Notes under the pieces: model-generated
What the model saw: only the letters and a program-made list of their open reading frames with translations
What the model was told of the DNA's origin: nothing
Database searches by the model: none
Program-made: the position numbers and the translations under genes
Origin: an uncultured Methanosarcinales archaeon
GTDB taxonomy: Archaea; Nanobdellota; Nanobdellia; Woesearchaeales; UBA583
Assembly (NCBI GenBank): GCA_964562045.1
Contig: CAZLRR010000001.1
Span: forward strand, 762 to 44,369
Length of the DNA: 43,608 nt
Reading direction: 5' to 3'
In this document: in pieces, positions 1 to 9,935 of the stretch
Layout of the letters: each line of letters begins with the position of its first letter
How positions within the stretch are numbered: the stretch's first letter is position 1

Positions 1-887
1 TCTAAATCACCCATCCCCAGAAGTTGTGATACAAATTTTTTGGAGTTAAATCTTTCCAAATCTTCAACTCTCTCACCAACACCAATAAATCGAACTGGAG
101 CTTCCACCGTAGAACAAGCAGAAAGTGCTCCACCACCTTTTCCAGTTCCATCCATTTTTGTGATTACAACCCCAGAAATTTGAAGTTTTTCTTTGAACAT
201 TTCTGCTTGTTTTTGAGCAGTTTGACCAACATCTGCACCTAAGACTAGAAATGTGTCAGTAGGTTTTACATATTCGTTTATGTCTGAAATTTCTGTTACA
301 AGTTCATCGTTTAAAAAGTCTCTTCCTGCACTATCAATTATTACAACGTCATATTTTTTAAGTTCTTTCTCAAACTTTTTATATACTTTTACAGGATTTT
401 TCTGATTTGGATCTCCAAAAACCTCGATTTCAATTTTTTCTCCAAGTTGTTTTAGTTGTTCAAAAGCAGCAGGCCTCCAAGTATCTGTTGAGATTAGAGC
501 AACTTTTTTACCTCTGTTTTTGAAATAAACTCCTAGTTTTCCTGAAGTTGTTGTTTTTCCTTGACCATATAGACCTACAAGCATTATTCTGTTTTGACTT
601 AGTTTTAATTCAAATTCTTTCTCATCACCCAAAAATTTTGCAAGTTCTTCGTAAATAATAGTTAAAAGATGTTCTTTTTTATTTAAATTAGGATTATTCT
701 CATTTATTGCTCTATTTTGGATAGATTTTGTCAAATCTAAAACAAGCCTTACATTAACATCTGCAGAGAGTAGAGCTTTTTGTATCTCTTTTACAACTTC
801 TGCAACTAATTGTTTGTCTACAGTTAAAGAATTCTTGATTCGCGAAAGTGTATTTTTCAATGAATCTCCAAGTTTTTCAAGTACCAT
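1..887 (-). CDS. srp54: Signal recognition particle protein SRP54, 5' part (runs off window start)
   Basis: Manual translation of minus strand from ATG at 887: MVLEKLGDSLKNTLSRI...ALLSADVNV; P-loop GLYGQGKTTT; DSAGR; TKMDGTGKGGGALSA; LLGMGDL. Confidence 0.93.
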   Translation of the reverse strand, partial: MVLEKLGDSLKNTLSRIKNSLTVDKQLVAEVVKEIQKALLSADVNVRLVLDLTKSIQNRAINENNPNLNKKEHLLTIIYEELAKFLGDEKEFELKLSQNRIMLVGLYGQGKTTTSGKLGVYFKNRGKKVALISTDTWRPAAFEQLKQLGEKIEIEVFGDPNQKNPVKVYKKFEKELKKYDVVIIDSAGRDFLNDELVTEISDINEYVKPTDTFLVLGADVGQTAQKQAEMFKEKLQISGVVITKMDGTGKGGGALSACSTVEAPVRFIGVGERVEDLERFNSKKFVSQLLGMGDL

Positions 888-938
888 AATTATGTAAAAG
901 AAAAATAACTTTATAAAATTAGCTATTTTTATATACTT

Positions 939-1286
939 ATGTCAGAACTAAAACAAGTAATTTTAATTCGCAATGATTTGAAGATGTCTAAGGGAAAAAC
1001 TGCCGCACAAGCCGCTCACGCAGCAGTAGATGCAGTTTTTGATGCAAATAAAAAGCTCGTTTCAAGATGGAGAGCCTCAGGAATGAAAAAAATCGCATTG
1101 AAAGTTGAAAGTTTGGAAGAACTCGAAAAATACATTAATTTGGCAAGAGATGTAGGGCTTGCATGTTCTTTAATTAGAGATGCGGGTCATACAGAGTTAA
1201 AACCTGGAACTGTGACTTGCGGTGCAATTGGTCCTGCTCCCGAAGTCCAAATTGATAAAATTACTGGAGAACTGAAAGTTTTTTAA
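939..1286 (+). CDS. pth2: Peptidyl-tRNA hydrolase, archaeal/eukaryotic Pth2 type
   Basis: KQVILIRNDLKMSKGKTAAQAAHAA and IRDAGHTEL.PGT.T..AIGP motifs. Confidence 0.96.
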   Translation: MSELKQVILIRNDLKMSKGKTAAQAAHAAVDAVFDANKKLVSRWRASGMKKIALKVESLEELEKYINLARDVGLACSLIRDAGHTELKPGTVTCGAIGPAPEVQIDKITGELKVF

Positions 1287-1311
1287 ATCAAATCTCCTTT
1301 TCATTATTTAT

Positions 1312-1383
1312 GGCGGGGTGGCCAAGTGGCTAAGGCAACAGGCTGCAACCCTGTGATCGTGGGTTCAAATCCCACCCTCGCCT
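1312..1383 (+). tRNA. tRNA-Cys(GCA), no intron, CCA not encoded
   Basis: Acceptor GGCGGGG/CCTCGCC; anticodon arm ACAGG-CTGCAAC-CCTGT; T arm GTGGG-TTCAAAT-CCCAC. Confidence 0.96.
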
Positions 1384-1481
1384 TTTTATTTATAAATTCT
1401 CAAACAAGTTGGATTTGAACTTTAGTTCCTTTGGTGCCAAGAATCTTTTGATTGTTGAGCACAAATCCCACCCTCGCCTTT
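1366..1481 (+). repeat. tRNA-Cys 3'-end direct repeat enclosing a small palindromic cassette (core B)
   Basis: CAAATCCCACCCTCGCCTTT at 1366-1385 and 1462-1481; internal 1428-1461 matches reverse complement of 26984-27016. Confidence 0.9.
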
Positions 1482-1536
1482 GTTTTCTCTTATAAAAAAT
1501 ACTAAAATTTATATATAGACCAATATAAAAAGTTTT

Positions 1537-1935
1537 ATGAATAGTTCTCAGGCAGAAAATAACATACCGCTCTTAACTTTTAACTCACTATATAATCTGC
1601 TTCGAGAAGAAAAAAAATCAAAAAAATTATTCAAAATCGATGAACAATTTTATGAAGCTTTAAATAAATATTTCGAAGAAAAAAAGAAAGAAACTGAAAA
1701 CTTAAAAAGTGAAGGTTCTGAAAAATTCAGAAAAGAAAAATTAGTATACAAAAACTCGCAAAAAATCGCTCAAGAACTTCTTAATCTTAGATGCATGAAA
1801 ATTGCAGATATTGCAATAAAAGATGAATTATTCGGAGATGATATTTTATCTAAAGAAGAAATTCTTGAAGAAGAAATGAAGTTTTTTGAAGAGACAAAAA
1901 AAGCAATTAAAAAAATCAAACCAAAGTATATTTAA
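1537..1935 (+). CDS. GINS15-like protein, helical A domain only
   Basis: TFNSLYNLLREEKKSKKL.KIDEQFYEAL..YF...R.MKI..IA...L.EEMKFF pattern resembles the archaeal GINS A domain; no beta-rich B domain. Confidence 0.6.
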   Translation: MNSSQAENNIPLLTFNSLYNLLREEKKSKKLFKIDEQFYEALNKYFEEKKKETENLKSEGSEKFRKEKLVYKNSQKIAQELLNLRCMKIADIAIKDELFGDDILSKEEILEEEMKFFEETKKAIKKIKPKYI

Positions 1936-1940
1936 TTAAA

Positions 1941-2975
1941 ATGGAAATCAAATATAGTCAAAAAGTTGAGAGAAATTTCATCCTCATTATTGCACTAATA
2001 TTTTTAATCTTAACTTTTTTTGTAGTCAAAGATATTTTTGCACTTATAGTCTATAGTCTCATACTCTCTTATTTCTTACACCCTACATACAAGTACTTTT
2101 TGACTAAAATCAATAATAAGAAAATAAGTTCAATTTTAACTCTTTCAAGTTTTACTCTAATAATCTTTATCCCCACTATCCTTTTGTTTTATTTTTTGAT
2201 TTTAAATCTTGTTAAACTAATAGTAGAATATAAAGTTTATATTGAAAATCCCGAAATTTTAAATGATCTTATACTAGAATTTTCCCGAAAAATTACCGAT
2301 TCACCAGTCTTGGCTTCTTTAAATCTAACTGAACTTCTAAAATCCCTAGTTGTCTACATTGTAGATTTTAGTACAAACTTTTTCTCTTCCATTCCAAAAG
2401 TTGTGATTTATTTTTTTATCGTTTTATTTATTACTTATTACCTTTTAATTTATAACAAAGAAATTTTAAAAGTTTTAAATGAATATGTTCCTATGACTTT
2501 AAAAAAACAAGAAAACCTTTTAAGGAGTATAGAAAAAAATCTTAAAACTTTGTTTAGGGGATATTTCCTTACAGGAATTATACAAACAGCAGTTGCTGTT
2601 CTAGGTTACATAATTTTTGGAGCACCAAATATCTTAATCATAACATTTTTAACATTAATTACAAGTCTAATCCCATACCTTGGAACTCCGCTAGTCTGGG
2701 TTCCAGTAGGTTTTTATATGATACTAACGGGACATACAGGAGCAGGAATAGGGTTAATTATTTATGGTGTTTTGATTATTAGTATGGTCGATAACTTTCT
2801 AAGACCAATTCTTATGAGTAATAAAGAAACTATTTCTCCCCCATTAGTTTTTATTGGATTTGTGGGTGGACTTGTAGCATTTGGACTTATAGGTATCATT
2901 CTTGGACCAATCATTATTTCAATTACTTCAATACTCCTAAAATACGTAAAAGAACTTTATGAGATAAAAGATTAA
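1941..2975 (+). CDS. AI-2E family (PerM/YtvI-like) transporter
   Basis: Multi-TM protein; SLIPYLGTPLVWVP, DNFLRPILM, GGLVAFGLIGIILGP motifs. Confidence 0.92.
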   Translation: MEIKYSQKVERNFILIIALIFLILTFFVVKDIFALIVYSLILSYFLHPTYKYFLTKINNKKISSILTLSSFTLIIFIPTILLFYFLILNLVKLIVEYKVYIENPEILNDLILEFSRKITDSPVLASLNLTELLKSLVVYIVDFSTNFFSSIPKVVIYFFIVLFITYYLLIYNKEILKVLNEYVPMTLKKQENLLRSIEKNLKTLFRGYFLTGIIQTAVAVLGYIIFGAPNILIITFLTLITSLIPYLGTPLVWVPVGFYMILTGHTGAGIGLIIYGVLIISMVDNFLRPILMSNKETISPPLVFIGFVGGLVAFGLIGIILGPIIISITSILLKYVKELYEIKD

Positions 2976-3042
2976 ATCAAAATCTGCTAAAATTTCAATT
3001 ATTGGCAACAACTTTATAAATATGTGAAGTATATATTGGTAT

Positions 3043-3969
3043 ATGGACCTGCGAAAAATAATCAAATTTGGAAATAGTTCTCACGTCATAACACTTCCAA
3101 ACGAGTGGATAAAAGAACATAATTTAGAAAAAGGAGGGGAATTGAGTCTAAAAACAAAACCTGACGCAATTATTATTTCAACTCAGAATAGATTAAAACC
3201 CCAAAAAGTTGCTCTGGAGGTAGAAAATTATCCTGGAGTTTGGCTTGAGCAAAAAATTATTTCTTATTATCTAAAAAATTATAATGAAATTATTCTAAAA
3301 GATTCAAAGATTTTAAAAAAAATAAAAACTATTAAAACAATCAAAGAAAAATTAAGTGCTGTAGAGATTGTTGATATGAAAGAAGATGAGATTATTTTGC
3401 GAGATTTAACTAATTTTAAAGAACTTGACCTCTATAGTTTTGTTGAAAAAATTGCAGATATGATTAAAACTTCTTTTGATAATGTGATTAATTTTGATAA
3501 AAGTAGTTGGGAAATAATCTCGGCTCTCGACTTGAATATTAACAGGTTATGTTTTTTAAGTTATAAAGCAATTAACCATAATCTTAATTCATGGGAGCAT
3601 TCAAATCAAGTAAAAAATAGTGTTCATTATTGGAGTTATATTAATTCATTAGAAAACATTGGAGATTTAATTGAAGACATCGCAAAAGTAATGCATAAAG
3701 AAGAAATAGGCGAGAGTAGAGAAGATTTAAAAAAAGCACTAATAAAAATGAAAAAGTTGTTTGTCTTGACCAATAATCTGATGGATAAGAGTATTAGCCT
3801 TAAAAATAATATTCCACTTTTTCAAAAAGGAAAAGAAGAAATAGAAAGTTTAATAACAAATATTTATCACAACAAATCAAAATCAGATTTAGTTTTAACT
3901 AATATTATTGATTATTTCCTAAGAACAATTAGGGCTTTGGTTTTAAACATTATTGACCTTCGTGACTAA
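3043..3969 (+). CDS. AbrB/PhoU-domain phosphate uptake regulator
   Basis: N-terminal RKIIKFGNSSHVITLPNEWI AbrB motif, then PhoU-like helices (SLENIGD). Confidence 0.85.
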   Translation: MDLRKIIKFGNSSHVITLPNEWIKEHNLEKGGELSLKTKPDAIIISTQNRLKPQKVALEVENYPGVWLEQKIISYYLKNYNEIILKDSKILKKIKTIKTIKEKLSAVEIVDMKEDEIILRDLTNFKELDLYSFVEKIADMIKTSFDNVINFDKSSWEIISALDLNINRLCFLSYKAINHNLNSWEHSNQVKNSVHYWSYINSLENIGDLIEDIAKVMHKEEIGESREDLKKALIKMKKLFVLTNNLMDKSISLKNNIPLFQKGKEEIESLITNIYHNKSKSDLVLTNIIDYFLRTIRALVLNIIDLRD

Positions 3970-4013
3970 ATTTTAATACTAAAGTTTTTAAATAAATTTC
4001 AATACCGATTTTT

Positions 4014-5639
4014 ATGAGTTTTAACACCCCAAGAATAATTTCATATTTAGTTAGTATTTTGTTAATTTTTTTGGGTGCTCTACCTTTTTTTTCTAAAATT
4101 ATTGATTTTATTAATCAGAAATCTTTGCAAATTTTTCCAGAAAATTCTCTATTTTTAATACTGATAATTTTTATTGGAATAATTATACTTAGTATTGCAA
4201 ATAATTGGAATGAAAAGTTCAAAGGCCTTGGGAGATTATTCCTTGAAATTTCAATTTTTTTCCTCTTTATTTCAATTTTTTATTTTAATCTTGGATTATA
4301 TAATGAAAATCTCGGAGATGAAATTCAAAGTTCAATTGACTATGTAGCAGTAAATAGTATGGACAAAATTATTGCAAATGAGTATGAAGATTTATTTGGC
4401 GAAGAAATAAATATTTTAGTTGCGGATAATTTCTACGAAAAAACATACTATAATACAAATTTAACCGAATCTGAGGCGAATGAATTAATTGAAGAACTAG
4501 AGATTAAAGTTGGTGAAAAGTCTAAAATTGAGCTCGTAAAATTTTTCATTTCAGAAGTTAATAAGAAATTAAAATCTTCTCCAATGGAAGGGTTTGAAAT
4601 AGGAATTCCAATTTCAGTCTTGCGTGAACAAGCTAAAAATTATAATCCTGAACTTATGCTTAGTGCTGATTTTGACGCAGAATTATTTTCGACTTATCTT
4701 TCAATGGAGAAAAGTGCAAAAATAAAAATAATTTATGCCGAAAATGAGACAACCATAACTAAGAAAATTTCAGAATTAGAAGATACGGAAATAGAATTAA
4801 TTTGGGAAAATCTAGGATTAGATTTTAGTGTTTCAAAAAATACAAAAGAGATTATTACGAAAATCTTCCTTGCAGAGATTGAAAAACAAAACCTCCAACC
4901 AAATTCTGAGTATTCAATCCCTATCGCAAGTTTTGCAAGTTTAATTACAGGTCAGCAAAAACAAATGTTAGAATATGATTTATTCGCAGAAAATATCGAT
5001 ACAAGACTTGAGAATTTACAAAATCTAAAATCGGATTGTAATCAAAATAATAATACGAATAATACGGACCAATTTTGTGAATTTGTGAAGCAGACAGATT
5101 TTGATGTTATGATGGAAAATGCCCAAAGTCAGTTCGGCTCTAATTCTGAAGTTTTTGGTGAAATTACAAAAGAGAGTGTTGAGGATTTTGTTGTTGAAAA
5201 AAGTAGAGAAAAACTAAAATATTTAATACTGGCAATAGTCTTTTTTACTTTGGGAGTTTCTTGTTTATATTACCATTATTTCAGAATTGAAAAATCAAGC
5301 CAAAATCTTGCAGAAATATTAAAAGAAGTTTCTCGAGCAATATTAATACAATCGATATGGTTAACTGGGATTATAGCATTTATTCTCTATTCTTTAAAAC
5401 CTGAAAATCTTAGTAGTTTTATTCCAAGTGAGATGAACAAAATATTAACTGGGAAAATCCTCTCCGAGATGCCAATAATTGAAACTTTTAAAAATCTTTT
5501 AGTAGACACATTTTACATTGGATTAATTTTATTGTTTACTTCTCTTGTTTCTTACTTAGTTTTAAGGTTTAAAATTTTAATAAAAAAAGATAAAAGTTCG
5601 CCTTCAGAACCACAAAATGAACAAGTTTCTTCAAAGTAA
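4014..5639 (+). CDS. Hypothetical membrane protein (TM helices at both ends, large acidic soluble domain)
   Basis: 541-aa ORF; hydrophobic segments at N- and C-termini. Confidence 0.75.
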   Translation: MSFNTPRIISYLVSILLIFLGALPFFSKIIDFINQKSLQIFPENSLFLILIIFIGIIILSIANNWNEKFKGLGRLFLEISIFFLFISIFYFNLGLYNENLGDEIQSSIDYVAVNSMDKIIANEYEDLFGEEINILVADNFYEKTYYNTNLTESEANELIEELEIKVGEKSKIELVKFFISEVNKKLKSSPMEGFEIGIPISVLREQAKNYNPELMLSADFDAELFSTYLSMEKSAKIKIIYAENETTITKKISELEDTEIELIWENLGLDFSVSKNTKEIITKIFLAEIEKQNLQPNSEYSIPIASFASLITGQQKQMLEYDLFAENIDTRLENLQNLKSDCNQNNNTNNTDQFCEFVKQTDFDVMMENAQSQFGSNSEVFGEITKESVEDFVVEKSREKLKYLILAIVFFTLGVSCLYYHYFRIEKSSQNLAEILKEVSRAILIQSIWLTGIIAFILYSLKPENLSSFIPSEMNKILTGKILSEMPIIETFKNLLVDTFYIGLILLFTSLVSYLVLRFKILIKKDKSSPSEPQNEQVSSK

Positions 5640-5691
5640 TTACTTTCCAATTATTATAAAGACATATAATAAGTAAAATTGGACATATCAT

Positions 5692-6132
5692 ATGTTATCA
5701 GAAGTTCTTAAAACTCCAGTAGATAATCTCGTTGAGATAGTTAAATCTAGCAGAGAAACAACTATTGACACACTTAAATCAAAACTTAACCTTCCAATTG
5801 AAATTATTGAAAAATGGCTGGTTGTGCTTGAAGAGTATAAAATTTTAAAAGTACACTACAAAGGATTTGAAGGATTTGTTGAGTTTGTAGAAAAAAACGA
5901 GAACAAAAAACAAGAAATTGATGTAGATAACCTAAAAGAGACTTTCATGAATCTTGCAAAGGAGAAAAATTTTACTTATGATAAAATGAGAGAAGCGTGG
6001 CCCATTTTTCTTAGTAAATATGAAGTAGAGATTAAAGAACTTTTCGAAGTGAAAGCAAAAAGACTTGGTTTTGACCAAAATAAAACACAACTAGCATGGC
6101 AAAGATACAGAAGAGAATTGGAGGTATTATAA
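5692..6132 (+). CDS. Hypothetical protein with wHTH-like N-terminus, first gene of pilus operon
   Basis: TPVDNLVEIV...LNLPIEIIEKWLVVLEEYKIL.V HTH-like pattern; 1-bp gap to the next gene. Confidence 0.65.
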   Translation: MLSEVLKTPVDNLVEIVKSSRETTIDTLKSKLNLPIEIIEKWLVVLEEYKILKVHYKGFEGFVEFVEKNENKKQEIDVDNLKETFMNLAKEKNFTYDKMREAWPIFLSKYEVEIKELFEVKAKRLGFDQNKTQLAWQRYRRELEVL

Positions 6133-6133
6133 A

Positions 6134-7627
6134 ATGGCACTTGATATAGATTCATTTCTTGAGACATATTCAGGAGAAGAGAAAAATCCAAAAGAAAAAG
6201 AAGAGAGTAACAAAAAAATTTCTCTTGATTTTCAAAAAGATGTTGAAGACAAGTTAAGCAAAACTGTTGCTGATTATGAAAATAACAATGATTTTAAATT
6301 TCTAAAATCAGTTTATGAAGAAGTTAAGAAGTTTGATGAGGATTTAACTAACAAGTTTATGGGACTTGAAAAAAAAGGTAGCGAGGCGTTAGAACAGATT
6401 AGTAAAAAATACTCTACCGAATATATCCAAAACTTGAAGATTCAAAAACAGCAAACTATAGAGATAGTATCTAAGCACATTGAAAACATAAAAGCAAATC
6501 TTGAAGCAGAAAATCTTTTTGATGCTTTGAAAAGGTTAAAGGGAATACTAACACAAGTTTCTCAAATGCCCCAAGAATTAATTGAAGAAAAAATTAATTT
6601 CCAAAAAACCTGTCTTCAAATTGAAACCGAAATTCTTGATAAGATTGAAAATTATAAATCCCAATTTATCCCTCAGAAAAAAAGACAGCTCTCGGAATTA
6701 AATAAAGATTTGATTTTAAATGCAAATAAATTAAATTCAGAAGAACTAACAAAGAAAATAAATGCCATTCATGAAGAACTTGAAGCAATCCCCGAATATC
6801 TAGAGACTGAATTTATCAAGGAAAAAATAACTTTGAATAAAAATTTAGTTTTAGCAGAGAATTATTTGGAAAAGCTTCATAATGCTGAGTTTTTGCAAAA
6901 AGAGAATCTAATTAATTCTGAAATTGAAAATTTTCACAAGTCATATTTAAATAAAAACCTTCAGAAAACCCTCATGACCTATGACAATATTGTTTTAATT
7001 TTCACAACAATTCCTGAAATACAAATAGAAAAAAGAGTTGAGATTTATAATAAGTTAAACGATTTATATTCCAAGGTAAATAATCTAGTACTGAAAAATA
7101 ATGTTGCTCTATTTATGGGAACTTATCATTATAGTCAGGCTCTACAGGAAATAAACTCATATATTGACCATATTAAAAGAACACAAACCTATGACAATGA
7201 AAATCTACACCTGATACAAGAGAAAATTAAATCTTTGCCTGAAAGATTTGAACAAGAGAAATCACGGCTAAGAGGAGAATTAAATTATTTGCTTAAGCAT
7301 CTAAATCCGCAACATGCTCAAACTGAAAAAGATTCAATTAAGCCTGCAGCTTCACAAGGTTTTAATCAGGAAAACCCAAAAACTTCAAATGCAGAAAAAA
7401 GAGAAAACACAACAAAAAATATTAGTCTGAACACAAAAAAGTCTGATGTTAAAGCTGAAATTGAAAAATATTTTGAAATAATTAAAGAAGAAAAAGATCC
7501 TCAAAAACTTAAAATAGCATATAAGAAAATTGTTTTTTATATCGATTTGCTTGAGGTATCCAAAGAAGAAAAAGAGAATTTGGCTTCAAAAGTAAAAAAC
7601 CTAATCACACACAAAAATTTAAGTTAA
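6134..7627 (+). CDS. Hypothetical helical/coiled-coil protein in pilus operon
   Basis: 497-aa E/K/L-rich ORF tightly coupled to the secretion ATPase. Confidence 0.75.
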   Translation: MALDIDSFLETYSGEEKNPKEKEESNKKISLDFQKDVEDKLSKTVADYENNNDFKFLKSVYEEVKKFDEDLTNKFMGLEKKGSEALEQISKKYSTEYIQNLKIQKQQTIEIVSKHIENIKANLEAENLFDALKRLKGILTQVSQMPQELIEEKINFQKTCLQIETEILDKIENYKSQFIPQKKRQLSELNKDLILNANKLNSEELTKKINAIHEELEAIPEYLETEFIKEKITLNKNLVLAENYLEKLHNAEFLQKENLINSEIENFHKSYLNKNLQKTLMTYDNIVLIFTTIPEIQIEKRVEIYNKLNDLYSKVNNLVLKNNVALFMGTYHYSQALQEINSYIDHIKRTQTYDNENLHLIQEKIKSLPERFEQEKSRLRGELNYLLKHLNPQHAQTEKDSIKPAASQGFNQENPKTSNAEKRENTTKNISLNTKKSDVKAEIEKYFEIIKEEKDPQKLKIAYKKIVFYIDLLEVSKEEKENLASKVKNLITHKNLS

Positions 7628-7628
7628 A

Positions 7629-9113
7629 ATGAAAATCCTAGATCAATATGAAATTGTATTTGAAAATACGAAAATTCCAATAGTGATTTATACAACAGAG
7701 AAAGATTTTGTTCCAATTTATGAAGTAGGAATTCTTGAAACAGGAGAATATACAAAATTCATCATTGAGAAAATTAAAGAAGATTTGCTTAGAGAAGGTA
7801 TTTTTGAGAAAACAGACAAGGAAGATTTTAGTTACGAAAACTTGAAAAAAGCTTATGTTAAAAAAGTAGAAGAATTGATTAAGTATTATCTGCCCATGCT
7901 TAAAGCAGATATCAGAGATAAACTTATTACATACATTGTACAAAAAAGTCTGGATTTAGGTTTTGTTGATATTCTTATTAGTGATGCAGGAATTGAAGAA
8001 GTTACAATTAATGGAAGTGAAGCACAGATTATGATTTATCATAGAAAATATGGTTGGTTAAAGACAAATCTGAAATTTTTGAGTGATAGTGAAATCAAAA
8101 ATATTGCATCAAGGGTTGCTCTTGAGAATAAAAAGTTTTTTTCTAACCTTAATCCTCTTCTGGACGCACATTTAAGAGGAGGACACAGACTTAATGCGAC
8201 AATGGGACCAATTTCTACAAAAGGAAGTACTATTACCATTCGTAGATTTTCAGATAAACCTTGGACTGTTTCAGATTTGGTTAACTCAAAAACATGTTCG
8301 CCTATTGCTCTTGCAATCATCTGGGTTGCTCTTGAAAATGAGATGTCAGTGATTGTTGCAGGTGGAACTGGTTCAGGAAAAACTTCATTTTTGAATGCGA
8401 TAAGTAGTTTTATTCCCGCAAGCCAAAGGATTATTTCAGTTGAAGATACTAGAGAGATTAGGCTACCGGAATATACTCACTGGGTGCCAATGGAAGCAAG
8501 ACAAGCAAACCAGGAAGGAAAGGGAGGAATTTCAATGCTGGATTTGATTGTTAATTCGCTTCGTATGAGACCAGATAGAATCATTATTGGAGAGATTCGT
8601 AGAAAGCAAGAGGCAGAAGTTTTATTTGAAGCAATGAGAACAGGACATAGTGTGTATGGTACTTTTCACGCAAATACTGCAGGAGAGACAATTTTAAGAC
8701 TTTCGAGTCCGCCTATTGAAATCCCTAAAATTACTTTGTCTGCACTGGGTTTAGTTGTTGTTCAGCATAGAGATAGAAAAAGCGGAAAAAGAGCAACACT
8801 GCAGATTGCAGAAATTAATGAGGCTGGAGATGAGAGAGTAATACTTCAATATAATTATAAACTTGATAAATTTTTAATGAAGAACAAACCAATAAATCTA
8901 ATGAAAAAACTTGATGAATTTTATGGGATTTCTGAGAGTGAATTTTATACTACGATTAAGGAAAGAGCAGTTATTTTACAATATATGGCTAAGATGAAAA
9001 TTAACGATATTGATTCGGTAGGTAAAATAATTAACCAATATTATTTGGATAAGAAAAGTTTGTTTAAGACCATTAAAAGCAAATTGGATTTAAGAAAAAA
9101 AATTAGCAAATGA
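7629..9113 (+). CDS. Type II/IV secretion ATPase (CpaF/TadA/VirB11 family)
   Basis: Walker A GGTGSGKT; SVEDTRE; LRMRPDRIIIGEIR; His box TGH...TFHA. Confidence 0.95.
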   Translation: MKILDQYEIVFENTKIPIVIYTTEKDFVPIYEVGILETGEYTKFIIEKIKEDLLREGIFEKTDKEDFSYENLKKAYVKKVEELIKYYLPMLKADIRDKLITYIVQKSLDLGFVDILISDAGIEEVTINGSEAQIMIYHRKYGWLKTNLKFLSDSEIKNIASRVALENKKFFSNLNPLLDAHLRGGHRLNATMGPISTKGSTITIRRFSDKPWTVSDLVNSKTCSPIALAIIWVALENEMSVIVAGGTGSGKTSFLNAISSFIPASQRIISVEDTREIRLPEYTHWVPMEARQANQEGKGGISMLDLIVNSLRMRPDRIIIGEIRRKQEAEVLFEAMRTGHSVYGTFHANTAGETILRLSSPPIEIPKITLSALGLVVVQHRDRKSGKRATLQIAEINEAGDERVILQYNYKLDKFLMKNKPINLMKKLDEFYGISESEFYTTIKERAVILQYMAKMKINDIDSVGKIINQYYLDKKSLFKTIKSKLDLRKKISK

Positions 9114-9928
9114 GTTATGCAAATTTCATAAGAGGAATTGTAAAAAAACACCCTGACCTGAAGAATAAATTAAAAAAAGCTGCAAATAAACAAACCACAT
9201 TTCAATACACAAATCAGGCAGTTATGATGACAATTATGTCTACATTATTTTTTGCAACAGTTGTTTTTCTAGTTTTTAAAAGTGAAATACTTAAACTTCT
9301 GATTGCAGAAGTTATTGTTATTGTTGCTACCCCACTATATTTTAGATTTTGGTTTGGTTATGTTGATGTACTTGTGAAAAAGGCGGGACGAGAACTTGAT
9401 GGAGATTTGCTTTTTGTTTCGGAATATTTTTTAGTTAGTATGGAGTCAGGACTTCCATTGGGAAATGCGATTCAGAGAATAAGCAGACTGAATAGACCGG
9501 GAGGATATTTTTTCAAACGGGTATATATGGACTTTAAAACTGGAAAAGATTTAGAAGAATCAATTGGTGATGCTGCAGAGTATGCGCCTTCAGAGAGTAC
9601 TAAGATATTGCTTAAAAGATTGAAGGATAGTCTGAATATCGGGATTGATTTAAAGTCTGTTTTAGAAAATTTTATTGAGGAATCTTCTGAGAAAAAGATT
9701 CTGGAGATTAGAAGTTTTGGGAAGAAATTAAACCCGATTGTTATGATGTATTTGCTTATGGGTATTGTCGTGCCTTCTCTAGGAATTACCTTTTTTATTT
9801 TAGGAGCAGCAATTTTGGAAATTACTCCAGAACTTTTGAAGTGGATTCTGGTTTTTTTGTTCTTGATAATGTTCGCATTCCAGTATTTAGCATATTCAAT
9901 GTTTAAGTTTTCAAAATCAACAATATAA
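9110..9928 (+). CDS. Type II secretion system F family (TadB/TadC-like) platform protein
   Basis: TM segments; MESGLPLGNAI motif; 4-bp overlap with ATPase. Confidence 0.88.
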   Translation: MSYANFIRGIVKKHPDLKNKLKKAANKQTTFQYTNQAVMMTIMSTLFFATVVFLVFKSEILKLLIAEVIVIVATPLYFRFWFGYVDVLVKKAGRELDGDLLFVSEYFLVSMESGLPLGNAIQRISRLNRPGGYFFKRVYMDFKTGKDLEESIGDAAEYAPSESTKILLKRLKDSLNIGIDLKSVLENFIEESSEKKILEIRSFGKKLNPIVMMYLLMGIVVPSLGITFFILGAAILEITPELLKWILVFLFLIMFAFQYLAYSMFKFSKSTI

Positions 9929-9935
9929 ATTTAAA

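Noticed and set aside
1366-1481. attL/attR of a provirus or genomic island
   Set aside because: Only about 76 bp lie between the repeats and no integrase is present; a deletion scar cannot be fully excluded
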